Virus record (IMG/VR): IMGVR_UViG_3300046314_000298
DNA: 64,000 bases
Strand: one strand, 5' to 3'
Source: an uncultured virus (IMG/VR IMGVR_UViG_3300046314_000298)
Taxonomy: Duplodnaviria > Heunggongvirae > Uroviricota > Caudoviricetes
Below are positions 48,790-59,510 of this stretch, one piece after another; position 1 is the stretch's first letter; every line of letters starts with the position of its first letter. The position numbers and the translations under genes were made by a program. The notes beneath the pieces are model-generated. The model did not search any database, had not been told where the DNA came from, and saw only the letters and a program-made list of their open reading frames with translations.

Positions 48790-49338
48790 TCAATTGATAC
48801 TATCGCCATTAAAGAAATTAGCTATGTGGTTATAGTGTTCTGTGATCTTGAGATTAAACACAGGTACATTATACAAACATGCCAAATCTATAGCGATCTT
48901 AGTACCGCCAGTTCTTGTACTCGTAGTCCCTCTACCTATATAACCATCTCTGGTATAACAGATAACGAACTTACTAGGATGACTCAAATCATTCCCTAAT
49001 ATCTGAAGTACATTTCTACCATAGAGCTTAAGAAGAGCTGGGGACAATTTATCCATGTAAGGACAAACGTTCTCCAGGATTCTGTAAGCTTCGTTTGGTA
49101 TGTGATATTGATAATCTAAATCGTTGAAGCCTTTCCAGGGTAGATAGATTTCACAATTCAGTTTATTTCTAACACCTTGGTAGAACGCTGAGTCTGCTCC
49201 TTCAGCACCACCTGAACGCAAGATGTATTGCTTCTGCTCTAGAAGAGCAGCTACTTTAGTCATAGCGTCCAGATAGAACTGAGGAGTATCTCTGTTACCT
49301 ATACCTGTGTAGGTACGGTTACTGAGTAGATCAATCAT
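48790..49338 (-). CDS. SLOG/DprA-like nucleotide-binding protein
   Basis: YTGIGNRDTP, LRSGGAEGADSAF, RNVLQILG, GGT. Confidence 0.75.
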   Translation of the reverse strand: MIDLLSNRTYTGIGNRDTPQFYLDAMTKVAALLEQKQYILRSGGAEGADSAFYQGVRNKLNCEIYLPWKGFNDLDYQYHIPNEAYRILENVCPYMDKLSPALLKLYGRNVLQILGNDLSHPSKFVICYTRDGYIGRGTTSTRTGGTKIAIDLACLYNVPVFNLKITEHYNHIANFFNGDSIN

Positions 49339-49990
49339 GACCTTCGATCTTCATCAGGATACTGGCTTGAACCATGTCGATAGAACCGTGACAATCTATC
49401 TTGATGATTTTACCATAGTAGTTATCTGGAAGTTCATTACACAGCTTAGTCACTTTAGACATGAGAGTGCTATTAGCTTCATGGACATCTTGCTTCTTGT
49501 CTGTGTAATCACGCTGACCTTTTTGAAGTACTCGTTCAGCAGCTACTTCTTCTGACAGAGTAAGTACAAAGGTGATGTCAGCTGGTCTGAGTGCTGAGTG
49601 CACATACTCAGAATATTCAGTATACTTTTTCATGTATATAGCATCTTCAGGGTGCTCAGCCAAAGCTTGTTGATACAGAATGTTAGACAAGATGTACCTG
49701 TCTAATACCACGTAATCATTTTCTAACAGAGCCTGTTCGATTACTTTTTTGTGAGCTGCGCGATCAGCTGTGTAAAGATCGGAGATTTCTGTTCTGGACA
49801 GATCTTTACCTTCTCCGTTAAGGTAAGCTGCGATGCACTTACCTGTATCAGATTGATATTGAGGGTAACCAGACAGAAAAACCTTCAAGCCAAGCTTAGA
49901 CATATTCTCAGCCAAAAGCTTAGCTTGAGTAGCTTTACCCACGCCATCGATACCTTCGATAGCGATCAACTTCCCGATCTTACTGCTCAT
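49331..49990 (-). CDS. tmk: Thymidylate kinase
   Basis: IEGIDGVGKATQ P-loop, ADR, LDRY..SN. Confidence 0.88.
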   Translation of the reverse strand: MSSKIGKLIAIEGIDGVGKATQAKLLAENMSKLGLKVFLSGYPQYQSDTGKCIAAYLNGEGKDLSRTEISDLYTADRAAHKKVIEQALLENDYVVLDRYILSNILYQQALAEHPEDAIYMKKYTEYSEYVHSALRPADITFVLTLSEEVAAERVLQKGQRDYTDKKQDVHEANSTLMSKVTKLCNELPDNYYGKIIKIDCHGSIDMVQASILMKIEGHD

Positions 49991-50591
49991 TGATTTGTCC
50001 TTTAACAAAGTTGCGTGCTATGAATTCATCTTCGTGTTCTGAAATAGCAGAGAGAAGAATATTCCTCAGAAGCATAGGGCTTTCTGCTGTATAGACCTTT
50101 TCAACCATATCAAAGAACCCACTTGTGGAAAGCTTATGATGTAACTGTTCAGAATTTGTAAACTCTGGATTTTCCCAGTTATTATCCACAACTTTCTTTT
50201 TGTACTCATTACAGACCAAGAAGTTATAACGTTGGTAAGGTGACAGGTCCATGATGGGGAGTATACCTGATTTGGTATGATTTTCCCATGAGTTCATGTT
50301 GACCCACTTAGTGACTGAGAAAGTCACTTTGGTCTCACCAGTGATCCAGTCAAAGACATGATACAAAGGTGCGCCTTTGTGGTCTGTATGAACATGAGTC
50401 ACGAAACCAACTAAGGGATCTTCCCACGCATCAGACTGATGATACACAGGCATGTAAAGCATATCCATAGCCAGAGTAGCAGCTACAATATCCTTACGGG
50501 ACTGAGTCTCAGTTCGTTCATGCATGACCCCATATTGCTTCCAATCAGCAAGCAGACGATCGAACGATGATTTCAGCATTATTTTGATCAT
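49980..50591 (-). CDS. Hypothetical protein
   Basis: 203 aa, coupled. Confidence 0.65.
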   Translation of the reverse strand: MIKIMLKSSFDRLLADWKQYGVMHERTETQSRKDIVAATLAMDMLYMPVYHQSDAWEDPLVGFVTHVHTDHKGAPLYHVFDWITGETKVTFSVTKWVNMNSWENHTKSGILPIMDLSPYQRYNFLVCNEYKKKVVDNNWENPEFTNSEQLHHKLSTSGFFDMVEKVYTAESPMLLRNILLSAISEHEDEFIARNFVKGQINEQ

Positions 50592-50592
50592 G

Positions 50593-50997
50593 TTACTTTC
50601 CTTTTTTGATGATAGCCACGGTACGATCCATGACCAGGGTTTTGCTGTTGTTTGTGTGATAAAACAAACGCCAGCGAGTCGCTAACACTTTATTGTCCTT
50701 CATAACACGCATGTGTTTATCCGTAAAAGCTTTAGCAGGTTCTTCTGAAACCAGTTCAAGTCTCTTACTTTTATCAGAACGTGTCTGATTGAAGTTACTT
50801 AAAACCATGACGTCATATGTTCCATGCTGCCACAGCAATTCGTGAAACATACTTTCCATAGTTATCAACTCAGTCCTGAATTCTTCCTCAGACTGAAAGA
50901 CTTCAGCGATGTCCTCAAAATCCATTAAGGAGATGGTTTTGACAAAAGGGCTGTCAACCATCTCTTCTAACAGTTTAGTTTTCTCTGCGATACCCAT
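50593..50997 (-). CDS. Hypothetical protein
   Basis: Start reassigned to MGIAEK after the AAGGAAAGTATCATG motif. Confidence 0.65.
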   Translation of the reverse strand: MGIAEKTKLLEEMVDSPFVKTISLMDFEDIAEVFQSEEEFRTELITMESMFHELLWQHGTYDVMVLSNFNQTRSDKSKRLELVSEEPAKAFTDKHMRVMKDNKVLATRWRLFYHTNNSKTLVMDRTVAIIKKGK

Positions 50998-51109
50998 GAT
51001 ACTTTCCTTTTTTAAAGTTGAAATACTGTCAAGTAAAGTAAATAGGATCAAAAAATTATACACAGGCTGAAAAAAAATCCCCTCAGCTTTTGGCCTTGGG
51101 GATTCTCTG

Positions 51110-51364
51110 TCATGCCGTTGCCTTGATAGGCTCGACGTCATGGAAATACGATACTTCCATGATGATATCGCACGCGGCGAACTGACCCTTGATAGAAGGA
51201 TCAGCCTTGAGACTTTCTTCAAAGTCTTTGATTAAGAGAGCGTCGACCCTCTTATCCTTAGACAATGAAGAACACATGCGCGCTATCTTTCGCGCTCGCT
51301 GGACCAGCTCAGTAGCCAAACGAGCCAGCTCAATATTGAGCTGTTGCGAAGAAAGTTCTTTCAT
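51110..51364 (-). CDS. Hypothetical protein
   Basis: AAGGAG RBS before MKELSS; own promoter motif and terminator. Confidence 0.6.
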   Translation of the reverse strand: MKELSSQQLNIELARLATELVQRARKIARMCSSLSKDKRVDALLIKDFEESLKADPSIKGQFAACDIIMEVSYFHDVEPIKATA

Positions 51365-51436
51365 GTTGTCTCCTTGATGTTTTAAACCACCTGACATCTA
51401 CAGGTTTTCCCAAGATCGGGAACGAACTAGCGATAT

Positions 51437-51473
51437 AGCTCAAGTTAAGTATATGTCATTGAAATCTTTTACA
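51437..51473 (-). promoter_or_regulatory. Putative phage promoter TGTAAAAGATTTCAATGACATATACTTAACTTGAGCT
   Basis: 35/37 identical copy at 61417-61453; related copies near 7720, 12535, 22860 and 25270. Confidence 0.7.
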
Positions 51474-51550
51474 AAGATAGTCGGGTTTAAAAGATACACA
51501 GAGCCTTACGGCTCTGTGTATCTTAAGCTCTCAGACTCTCACGAGTCAGA

Positions 51551-52123
51551 TTACCACTGCTCAGCCAGCATCTGGGGAGCAACAGGCAGACCGTTATACA
51601 ACAGGTTGCCGGTGTCGTCGCTCAACAGATCCAGCACAGCGATGTTAGCGTGTGCATGGCGCTTAGCCACGGCATCGTCAATGTCAGCCACCAAAGAGGT
51701 AGGCTTATTAGCGATAGAAGCCCACTCCAGGACCACATCCAGCGACTCATGTTCGCTGATCTTAGCCCAGGCCATGCCAACTGGATCATACACGTAAGTG
51801 GCAGCGCCGATCAACACGGTGGTGTCAGCAGTAGCGTCCAACACCAAAGCCATCGTAGCGATGCTAGGTGCCAGAGCGTCACGAGCGGTGATGTCTGCAA
51901 CGACCTTCAGTGAAGAAGCAGCAGCCAGACCAGTGGTGATCTTACCGTCGACCATTGTCTCCAGTTCAGCAAACGTAGGTACGTGCTTAGCAGCGGTACC
52001 GGTGCTGTCGGAAACATAGATGTTAACGTCGTCGGTACGAACGGCGTCAGCAACCAAATACAGAGTAGAAGCTTCCAGTACGCCTGGCAGAGCTGTTACT
52101 TTACTAATTTTCAATTGTGCCAT
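51551..52123 (-). CDS. Putative virion/fibre-associated structural protein
   Basis: Ala-rich, WASIANKP and KRHAHAN motifs; strong codon bias; N-terminus paralogous to 53318..53890. Confidence 0.65.
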   Translation of the reverse strand: MAQLKISKVTALPGVLEASTLYLVADAVRTDDVNIYVSDSTGTAAKHVPTFAELETMVDGKITTGLAAASSLKVVADITARDALAPSIATMALVLDATADTTVLIGAATYVYDPVGMAWAKISEHESLDVVLEWASIANKPTSLVADIDDAVAKRHAHANIAVLDLLSDDTGNLLYNGLPVAPQMLAEQW

Positions 52124-52244
52124 GTTAGGCTCCTATGAAGTTAAAGAGGAAATGAATACCTGAACTAGGTCGAGATCTTGATACTATTATCTATAGAACT
52201 CTTTTAAGTAACCATGTTCCATATCATTGAGATAAGAATATTCC

Positions 52245-52472
52245 TCAAAAGCAATAAGCTTTAGGTTTAGACTTCTGTAACAATGTTAAGGAGTTAGGTG
52301 CGCCTATATACTTTACTGGTATTCTAACAGAACCTGGACCGCCTATCATAGACCCAGCTGCGATAACAGATTGACTGGGTGAGAAAGGCTGTAGGTTATT
52401 GGTAAGGGTAGAGAATTTTCCAGATGTTTGGTTTACGCTACCAGTTGTTTCTAAAAAGGATACAAAGGCCAT
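52245..52472 (-). CDS. Small hypothetical protein in the structural operon
   Basis: 75 aa, GGAG RBS. Confidence 0.55.
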   Translation of the reverse strand: MAFVSFLETTGSVNQTSGKFSTLTNNLQPFSPSQSVIAAGSMIGGPGSVRIPVKYIGAPNSLTLLQKSKPKAYCF

Positions 52473-52475
52473 ATG

Positions 52476-53321
52476 TCACTCCCAAAGAAGTGCGCATGTG
52501 AACTGTGAGTTTAGGTTAGCAAAAGGATCATCCGCCACAGAAATGTACGTTCTAGTTACAGTACCCACAGGTTTGTAAGAAAAGATAGTACCTTTAGGCG
52601 CTTCACTAACACAGACACCGCACATACCAATAAACGGAACAACTTCAGGCACATTCAAGAAAGATTGATATGCCTGATATTCAGCACTTGTGGTCAAAGT
52701 AGTAGGTGGAAGTCCTGGTAAACACCCATAGCCTACTAAGTGTCTATCGTAAGCTGTGTTTGTGGAGATGCGAACCGATTGCAAACCACCACCAATAGGG
52801 ATTAAGGATCCATAACCTACAGTGCTAATAGCTCCAGAAGCATCTACAGTTTTAGTGCAATTATAAATGCCTATAGGAGATGTTCCATTGGAACCAGTAG
52901 AGGCAAATATTAAGGTAAAGTGATAGCTAGTTACACTGATATAAGTCAAATGCAATTGACTTATGCTAGTGACAGGACGATTATGCGCCACAGCTGTTTG
53001 AGCTGAAATGGCACCAGTGATGGTGCCGGTGCCACTACTACCTGTACCAGAAGTAATAAAAATCAAAGGGTAATCAAGAGCAGCGCCACTGCCGTATTCT
53101 ATTTTAAAAAAGATAGAACTGTCCGGAAGTTTCCAAATTTCATAACCCGCAGCTGTGTTTATAACACTTGGTCTATTGACTGTTGTCCAGTTAATCTGAC
53201 CCGTATCTGTGGTTTTGATAAGTCCAGCTGCTGTAAGATTGGAGCTAAGGCCTGATCCCCAAGCTCTAAACCCCGCAGATGTATTATGATTAACTACCGC
53301 TGAATAATTTAAAGTTGTCAT
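52476..53321 (-). CDS. Putative virion structural protein
   Basis: 281 aa, G/S/T-rich beta composition, coupled. Confidence 0.6.
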   Translation of the reverse strand: MTTLNYSAVVNHNTSAGFRAWGSGLSSNLTAAGLIKTTDTGQINWTTVNRPSVINTAAGYEIWKLPDSSIFFKIEYGSGAALDYPLIFITSGTGSSGTGTITGAISAQTAVAHNRPVTSISQLHLTYISVTSYHFTLIFASTGSNGTSPIGIYNCTKTVDASGAISTVGYGSLIPIGGGLQSVRISTNTAYDRHLVGYGCLPGLPPTTLTTSAEYQAYQSFLNVPEVVPFIGMCGVCVSEAPKGTIFSYKPVGTVTRTYISVADDPFANLNSQFTCALLWE

Positions 53322-53890
53322 GTAACTATTTCCACAAAGATTCTGATTGACGTGAAGTTGGTATTTGAATCCAATTTAAATCTAAGCACATCACCAGCCA
53401 AGACGTTTTTATTCCAACCGGTTAAAACTAGATCTTTTAACTTATAGCCGTTAGTGATAATGACTGGATTACCACCTAAGATACTATCTGCTATTACAGG
53501 CGGATAATTATCCACTGTGCTTTTCCAGATATCCATGCTTAGGGATCCAGGACCGCCTTCTGTAAGAATGACAATAGATTTAATCACACCTGTAGATTTA
53601 CAGACAGTTGTAGGCATGTCTACTTCTAAAGGATCCAACAGAACTCCGTTATTTGTCCATCCGGCACCCACCATGTAGGTATTACTAGAGGTAGCTATAA
53701 TAGCAGAGTTTACATAAGCTATGATGTCGCCATAGTTCAATAAACTTTTTACAGCAGTACCATCTAGATTACTCACCTTCAGTTCTAGATCATTAGGTCG
53801 ATCTATGTCTGAAGATGGTAATAAATACATGGTAGATGGCGTTAGAACAGCAGGTAGTTGGGTAACTTTACTGACGTTCAATTTTGCCAT
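53318..53890 (-). CDS. Putative virion structural protein
   Basis: MAKLNVSKVTQLPAVLTPSTMYL paralogous N-terminus. Confidence 0.6.
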   Translation of the reverse strand: MAKLNVSKVTQLPAVLTPSTMYLLPSSDIDRPNDLELKVSNLDGTAVKSLLNYGDIIAYVNSAIIATSSNTYMVGAGWTNNGVLLDPLEVDMPTTVCKSTGVIKSIVILTEGGPGSLSMDIWKSTVDNYPPVIADSILGGNPVIITNGYKLKDLVLTGWNKNVLAGDVLRFKLDSNTNFTSIRIFVEIVT

Positions 53891-53900
53891 AAACTATCCT

Positions 53901-55007
53901 TTACCACTGAATGTCACCAATGGTGACGGCGTTAAGCACACCACCTAAACCCATAGCGTTGACAATAGTCTCTACTTGGGTTTGCAGATTTGGAACTGTA
54001 AGTTCAGAAGTGATAGCTGTTTGCAAGCCTTGGATCTGGGTAGCCGTGTGTGCGTGTGGTAATACATCATGGACACCAGAAGTGGCATTCATGAATGTAT
54101 CGACATCACGCATGATCACAGACAGAGCTGCATTAAAGTCAGTGACTTGTGCTGCCGTATGCGTGTGAGCGACTGAAGCCAAATTCATAGTAGAAACGAT
54201 AGCCTGAACTTCAGAAGCGAAATTCAAGAGATCGGTTACACTATGTTGGTGGCTTGTATTTGCTTTACCAGCTACAGTAGTTTGCAAAGCTGTGATCAGA
54301 GTGCCTAATGCAGTAACATCTGAATTATTGGCTTTACCACCTAGAGTAGCAGTAAGGTTGTTAATCTCAGAGATTTCATGTGTGTGACCCACACTAGAGA
54401 AACTAGCGATTGCGTTTGTGATCAGAGCCTGAACAAAAGCCGTCAAACCAGAAATTTCACCAGCTGTATGTGTGTGGTTAACGTCAGCTTTACCGGTAAT
54501 TTGACTGGCTACATACAGATCAAGACCTGTTATGTCTGTAGTACCGTGGCTATGCACTGCAGCTGCTTTGGTGGCAAGAGCTGTGTTGATGTTAGTCACC
54601 ACAGTCGCCAGACTGTTCAGATCTGCTGCATTGGCCTTATCGGCCAGAGCAGTGACTAATCCCACCACCTCTGTGAGTTGATGAGTATGACCTGCTGCTG
54701 ACAGAGTAGCTGCTAATGCAGTTAACTGATCGGTAATATACTGCACCAGCCCTGGCACATCTGCCATGGCGTGAGTATGGCCCATATTAGATTTACCTGC
54801 CAGTGCGGCTTGGGTAGCCGTAGAGATAGGTTTATCTGCGTCTGAAGTATTATTGACAAGATCCAGTCCCAGATCAGTTTTAGTGATCAGAGACTTGATA
54901 GCGTTCAAAGTGACACGGTGGTTGACACCACCGATGGCTACTACAGTTTGCTCAAGACCTGATGGGGTCGTAAGCATCAGAAATTCACTGATTTTTTTAC
55001 TAGGCAT
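53901..55007 (-). CDS. His-repeat tail fibre-like protein
   Basis: About eight HxH-xxx-(D/E)(I/V)xGL repeats; GLDLVNNTSDADKPISTA. Confidence 0.75.
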   Translation of the reverse strand: MPSKKISEFLMLTTPSGLEQTVVAIGGVNHRVTLNAIKSLITKTDLGLDLVNNTSDADKPISTATQAALAGKSNMGHTHAMADVPGLVQYITDQLTALAATLSAAGHTHQLTEVVGLVTALADKANAADLNSLATVVTNINTALATKAAAVHSHGTTDITGLDLYVASQITGKADVNHTHTAGEISGLTAFVQALITNAIASFSSVGHTHEISEINNLTATLGGKANNSDVTALGTLITALQTTVAGKANTSHQHSVTDLLNFASEVQAIVSTMNLASVAHTHTAAQVTDFNAALSVIMRDVDTFMNATSGVHDVLPHAHTATQIQGLQTAITSELTVPNLQTQVETIVNAMGLGGVLNAVTIGDIQW

Positions 55008-55050
55008 AATAACCTCTTTGTTAGTGACTTAGTCAGTCATAGCATGACCG

Positions 55051-55644
55051 TTAAGTCAATGTGCTATAATTTACCTGTAAACGATTACTTGTACCCATAC
55101 CTGCTGAGACAAGTCTTTTGACATTACTAGGTAAGGCCATAAGATTTCTCTCTATTTCATAACGTTCTCTTTGTTGTCTGTAGCACAAAGCACCTGCCTT
55201 GATATAAAACAAAAGAACATCTGAAGTAGAAGCAGACTTGACTCGTTTATCGTCTAAGGTCAATAGAGGAGATGTGGCTCCTGGTATGACCATGGTATTC
55301 TGAGCAGAGATAGTGCTGTCAAAGAACCAGAACTTACAGATGGTATCAGATATATAAGCTACCTGAGGTCTTGCTAATTGATCAAAAGCAAAAGACAATT
55401 CTCTAATATTACTATCAGAGAAAAGAAGACTTGGATTAGACTGATTATCTACCGAAGCTAAGAAAGCTGATAAACCATCTGTCCAGACTCGCCAAGGCTT
55501 AAACATCAATCCTTTTGAAAGATCGGTTAAGCTGGCTGGTCCTATTTCAAAGTCTTCTTTGTTATGTCTTCTGATATTGTTATCCGGAGCAAGCACACTG
55601 GAAACTATGGTGGTGGAGTTAAACAGTATGTTGTCAGGTAGCAT
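55051..55644 (-). CDS. Putative tail protein
   Basis: 197 aa; FAFDQ, LDDKR, SDVLLFY, YRQQRERY motifs; within the fibre operon. Confidence 0.6.
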   Translation of the reverse strand: MLPDNILFNSTTIVSSVLAPDNNIRRHNKEDFEIGPASLTDLSKGLMFKPWRVWTDGLSAFLASVDNQSNPSLLFSDSNIRELSFAFDQLARPQVAYISDTICKFWFFDSTISAQNTMVIPGATSPLLTLDDKRVKSASTSDVLLFYIKAGALCYRQQRERYEIERNLMALPSNVKRLVSAGMGTSNRLQVNYSTLT

Positions 55645-55645
55645 A

Positions 55646-56584
55646 TCAGACCTTGTCCCAGTTATATCTGAAGGAAATAGTCAAGGACTCACTGGCTGAC
55701 TTAGTTACAGCCTGATCAAATTCATAAATGTGAACAGGATTATGGCCGACTACTATTGTGTCAAAACTAACAACACCTTCAGCTGGTATCAATGTTCGAT
55801 AAAAATCTACAAATTTATTACCTGGGACGTATGTCTTTTCATGATCGTAAAAAGCACTACCGTAAGTTTGGAAAAGACTAGGCCAAGATCCAAGTACATC
55901 AGCATAATCCAACTTACCAGTGCAAAAACTTATAACGCCAGGTTTTTGAAATAGATCTGGCTTACCACTATTTAGTAACACATTCTCTTTATCTATAAAA
56001 GATCTGACTCTACCTGTTCTAGCGACTCCGTTTATGTTAATGCTAAAAGGTTGATTTATGGGACTAAATGATGTTTTTAAATAATAATAAACATCTAAGT
56101 ACTCATCGTTGGCCACAGTCAGTGTGGTTGGATTTCCGTTTGTGTCTTTAATTAACGCTCTGGAAAATACTTTCATTTCCCCAGTTTGTGGATCACCTTG
56201 ATATAATCCTATTTCAGTCAAATTACCCGAAACAATACCGGGTGTAAAGTTAGCAACTGCTGATATTTTGTATTCGTAGGGAAAAGTAGTTTCCTGAATA
56301 GGTGTAGGTGTACCATTCCAATTCACATACGTCCAAGCCAATTGACCAGAACCGTCTAACACAGGCTGCTCCAGTTGTAAATTGCTGGCTGCTGGTGCTG
56401 TTGTACCTGTGCCTAAAGCACAATATGTGGGTCTCCAAAAACCACCGGCATTATCTAGTGTAATGCCGAAAGTGGTAATGAGGTTATCAAAATCTGCTAC
56501 TATCTCAGACACATCTGAATCTTTTTTACGTTTCGCTATGGTGTAATGTCCAGAGTAAACGTTGTTACCGGTTTTCTTTGTCAT
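55646..56584 (-). CDS. Putative tail/baseplate protein
   Basis: FDNLIT, GTGTTAP, GNLTEIG, FSRALIKD; paralogue of 57045..57947. Confidence 0.65.
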   Translation of the reverse strand: MTKKTGNNVYSGHYTIAKRKKDSDVSEIVADFDNLITTFGITLDNAGGFWRPTYCALGTGTTAPAASNLQLEQPVLDGSGQLAWTYVNWNGTPTPIQETTFPYEYKISAVANFTPGIVSGNLTEIGLYQGDPQTGEMKVFSRALIKDTNGNPTTLTVANDEYLDVYYYLKTSFSPINQPFSININGVARTGRVRSFIDKENVLLNSGKPDLFQKPGVISFCTGKLDYADVLGSWPSLFQTYGSAFYDHEKTYVPGNKFVDFYRTLIPAEGVVSFDTIVVGHNPVHIYEFDQAVTKSASESLTISFRYNWDKV

Positions 56585-57045
56585 GATTTAACAATCGAGG
56601 TTAGAGTTAGGGATCTGGTAACTGCATCATCAGCATGCTGATGGTGTATGACCAAGAGTTCTTGTTTTGAAACACCTGTCAATTGAAGACTTCTGGTAAC
56701 AACATCGTCATTTACAGAAGCTTCGTGGTAGGTAAATAGTTGTTTAGATATACTTATCAACTGTAAGCTAGATGTAACTTCCTCAATTGGAATATTTACC
56801 GTATGGAAGTTACTAGCCGCTATACTCACAGATGTCAGTTCAAGACTGCTACTTACAGTATCTGTTGCGCTAGGTATTATGTCTACAGAAACATTAACAA
56901 GATTGAAACCAGGTTCTATCATGTCAAAAGTTTCTAAGCCGTATAGCTTACTCAATACCTTAGTTAAGGGCTGAGTTTTAAAAGAACTGGAAACTATGCG
57001 AGTTTCAGTATTCTTTTTCAAAGGTCCTGTTGTGTTGATTAACAT
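56581..57045 (-). CDS. Putative structural protein with short internal repeats
   Basis: Repeated (D/E)xVTxSLxLTxxS units. Confidence 0.6.
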   Translation of the reverse strand: MLINTTGPLKKNTETRIVSSSFKTQPLTKVLSKLYGLETFDMIEPGFNLVNVSVDIIPSATDTVSSSLELTSVSIAASNFHTVNIPIEEVTSSLQLISISKQLFTYHEASVNDDVVTRSLQLTGVSKQELLVIHHQHADDAVTRSLTLTSIVKS

Positions 57046-57947
57046 CAGACTACACCTTTCCGCATCCAGCTTGTTTCAATCGCCAAAGACAAAGAGTTTT
57101 GATCTGTCTTCATGATAGGTGGATTGAACTCTAATTGATAAGCACCCAGAAACCTAGAACTACTTGCTATAAAAATAGTCTTGATCCCGTTAGGGAAGTT
57201 ACCTCTGTCTCTATTGAACTTCAGATAGTGAGTTCTCTTATTAGACAAAGGTACGTAAGGATCAGACCTAAACTTATCAGCAGAGTAACTGGTGTTATAA
57301 ACCGCAGACTCTAAGTTATCCACCATAGGTGTATCAAACGCAGTGGCGAAGTTACCTGAGTCTGTGTCCAAACCAGTCTTAAGCGGAGTCCAAGCACTAC
57401 CTACGTTTAACATACTAGGTCTGATAGTGACTACGGTGTTGATGCCGTTGATCACCATGTTGACTGTAGACTCAGCTGGGTTGACATGAGTCTCTATCGT
57501 GTATGTTACGTTAAGACCTTCGTCTGGTCTTACAGTTAATACAGTTGGATTTCCGTTAAAGTCACGTATCAAAGCTCTTGAGAATATATCAGCATTAAGT
57601 GCATTACCTACTGATATTTCTCTGATAGGTTGTGTGATGTAACCAAATGGAAAAGAAAAAGAAACGTTAGTCTCTAGCACATAGGGTTTAATCTGGGAAT
57701 GACTGAAGCTTATGGCTTCAGTCACCAGACTCGTATGGCTATTCAATACTTCTAGAGATGTATCTGTCGGTAAAGCTGGATTATTACCCACACCCACTTG
57801 ACAGTCAGTAAGTAATACGTTGCTATTACCTATCTGTTCAAGTCCGTTATCGACCACCATGTTGTCGAATACGTGAGTGTTACGGATACCTTCTTTACCG
57901 ACTATCTCTAGCTTGTATCTGCCTGAAAGTCGGTGATTGAATTTCAT
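57045..57947 (-). CDS. Putative tail/baseplate protein
   Basis: FDNMVV, GVGNNPA, FSRALIRD; paralogue of 55646..56584. Confidence 0.65.
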   Translation of the reverse strand: MKFNHRLSGRYKLEIVGKEGIRNTHVFDNMVVDNGLEQIGNSNVLLTDCQVGVGNNPALPTDTSLEVLNSHTSLVTEAISFSHSQIKPYVLETNVSFSFPFGYITQPIREISVGNALNADIFSRALIRDFNGNPTVLTVRPDEGLNVTYTIETHVNPAESTVNMVINGINTVVTIRPSMLNVGSAWTPLKTGLDTDSGNFATAFDTPMVDNLESAVYNTSYSADKFRSDPYVPLSNKRTHYLKFNRDRGNFPNGIKTIFIASSSRFLGAYQLEFNPPIMKTDQNSLSLAIETSWMRKGVV

Positions 57948-57948
57948 T

Positions 57949-59493
57949 TTACATGTTCAAAGCGTAACCGACACAATACAGATAAGGCGTGACTCCATCA
58001 AAGGACTCCACCATAAAGCTGAATGTATCGATTTTGTTGTTGATCAAAGTAAGAGCTGGAGCTGCACCATCAGGGAACTTCACGTTAGCTGGGAATACAA
58101 GATCACCACCTTTGTGAATAATAACCACTTTGTAGTCAAAACCTATCCGTGTGAGATCTAAGTTCTGAATATTGAAGTTGGTTACGTTAGAGATTAACTC
58201 TATACGGATAACCTGATGAGTATCTAAATCCCAAGAAACAGTACCCGAAGCTGGCTGTACTTTATTGGTAGTAGAGACTTTCTGTGGTTTGGTGAAGTTA
58301 TTCTCTGCGGAAGGAGACATGTAGTCTGTACCAGCAGCAGCTAAAGTCAATATGTTGTTGGTAGTCTTTAACAGACCTGTTCCGGCAACGTTGATACCAC
58401 CACCCACACCGCCACCTGTGCTTATTACACTGATGGCGTCTGATAAAGCCACCATATCGGTTATGATACCGTTACCAGTAATACCTGGGGTGATGCCGTT
58501 AACTATGTCTGATAAAGCAGTTAAGCTTGTGATGTCAGCTTTTAAAACATTTATACCATTGACTGTGTCAGTCAATGCATCTAAGGCAACCTGACTGGCT
58601 TTACTCAGAGAAAGAGCATTTACCGTATCACTTAAGACATCAAGATCTACCTGCGTAGCTTTAAGCTGATTAATTTGATTAACCAAATCACTCAATGCAT
58701 CCAAATCTACTTGACTTGCTTTACCAGCTATCAATACAGAATGCGATTGAATAAGGGTAGTCAGTGCGGTGATTTCAGCATTTATAGCTGTAAGGTCTAC
58801 AGTACCGCCACCGCCACCACCGCCCCCAGCTTGTAAGTTTGTTACTGCTGTTTGCAGATTGGTAATGATAGTAGACAAACCAGAAGTGTCAGCAATAGCG
58901 TGTCCATGACCAATAGCTGATTTACCTGCTAAACTGGTTTGGATAGAACCTAAACTATCATTCAGTCCCGATATGCTAGACATGTCATGAACATGACTAA
59001 CAGCTGCTTTACCAGCCAATGCTGGTGATAATCCAGCTATAGTAGTCATGTCGTGTACATGACCAGTTTCAGCTTTCATAGACAAAGTCTGTGCTAAGAG
59101 ACTGATATCATCTATAGCGTGCGTATGGCCTAAAGCAGCCTTACCAGCCAACGACAGATCAAGACCACTTATCTCAGAGCTAACGTGCGTATGTCCAAAA
59201 TTAGACTTGCCAGCCAGAGCCGTCATCAAACCTGAGATATCATCTGTAGCTAGGGTATGTGTGTGATTTGCATCAGCTTTACTTAGCAAAGCAGTCAGCA
59301 CAGCAGTTGATACTGGCTTATCGGCATCACTTGTGTTGCTGACATTACCCAGACCCACATCTTGTTTAGTGAGTATAGATTTAAAAGTATTCAGAGTCAT
59401 TCGGTAATTCTGATTACCAAATATCAAAGACACTTGTTCCAGACCTGTGGCTGTGGTTAACAGCGAAAAGTCACTTATCTTTCTATTAGCCAT
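57949..59493 (-). CDS. His-repeat and coiled-coil tail fibre-like protein
   Basis: Six HxH repeats, poly-Gly hinge, four KASQVDLDALSDxVN-type repeats, C-terminal beta domain. Confidence 0.75.
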   Translation of the reverse strand: MANRKISDFSLLTTATGLEQVSLIFGNQNYRMTLNTFKSILTKQDVGLGNVSNTSDADKPVSTAVLTALLSKADANHTHTLATDDISGLMTALAGKSNFGHTHVSSEISGLDLSLAGKAALGHTHAIDDISLLAQTLSMKAETGHVHDMTTIAGLSPALAGKAAVSHVHDMSSISGLNDSLGSIQTSLAGKSAIGHGHAIADTSGLSTIITNLQTAVTNLQAGGGGGGGGTVDLTAINAEITALTTLIQSHSVLIAGKASQVDLDALSDLVNQINQLKATQVDLDVLSDTVNALSLSKASQVALDALTDTVNGINVLKADITSLTALSDIVNGITPGITGNGIITDMVALSDAISVISTGGGVGGGINVAGTGLLKTTNNILTLAAAGTDYMSPSAENNFTKPQKVSTTNKVQPASGTVSWDLDTHQVIRIELISNVTNFNIQNLDLTRIGFDYKVVIIHKGGDLVFPANVKFPDGAAPALTLINNKIDTFSFMVESFDGVTPYLYCVGYALNM

Positions 59494-59510
59494 TTTATCT
59501 TCTTTCTAAA

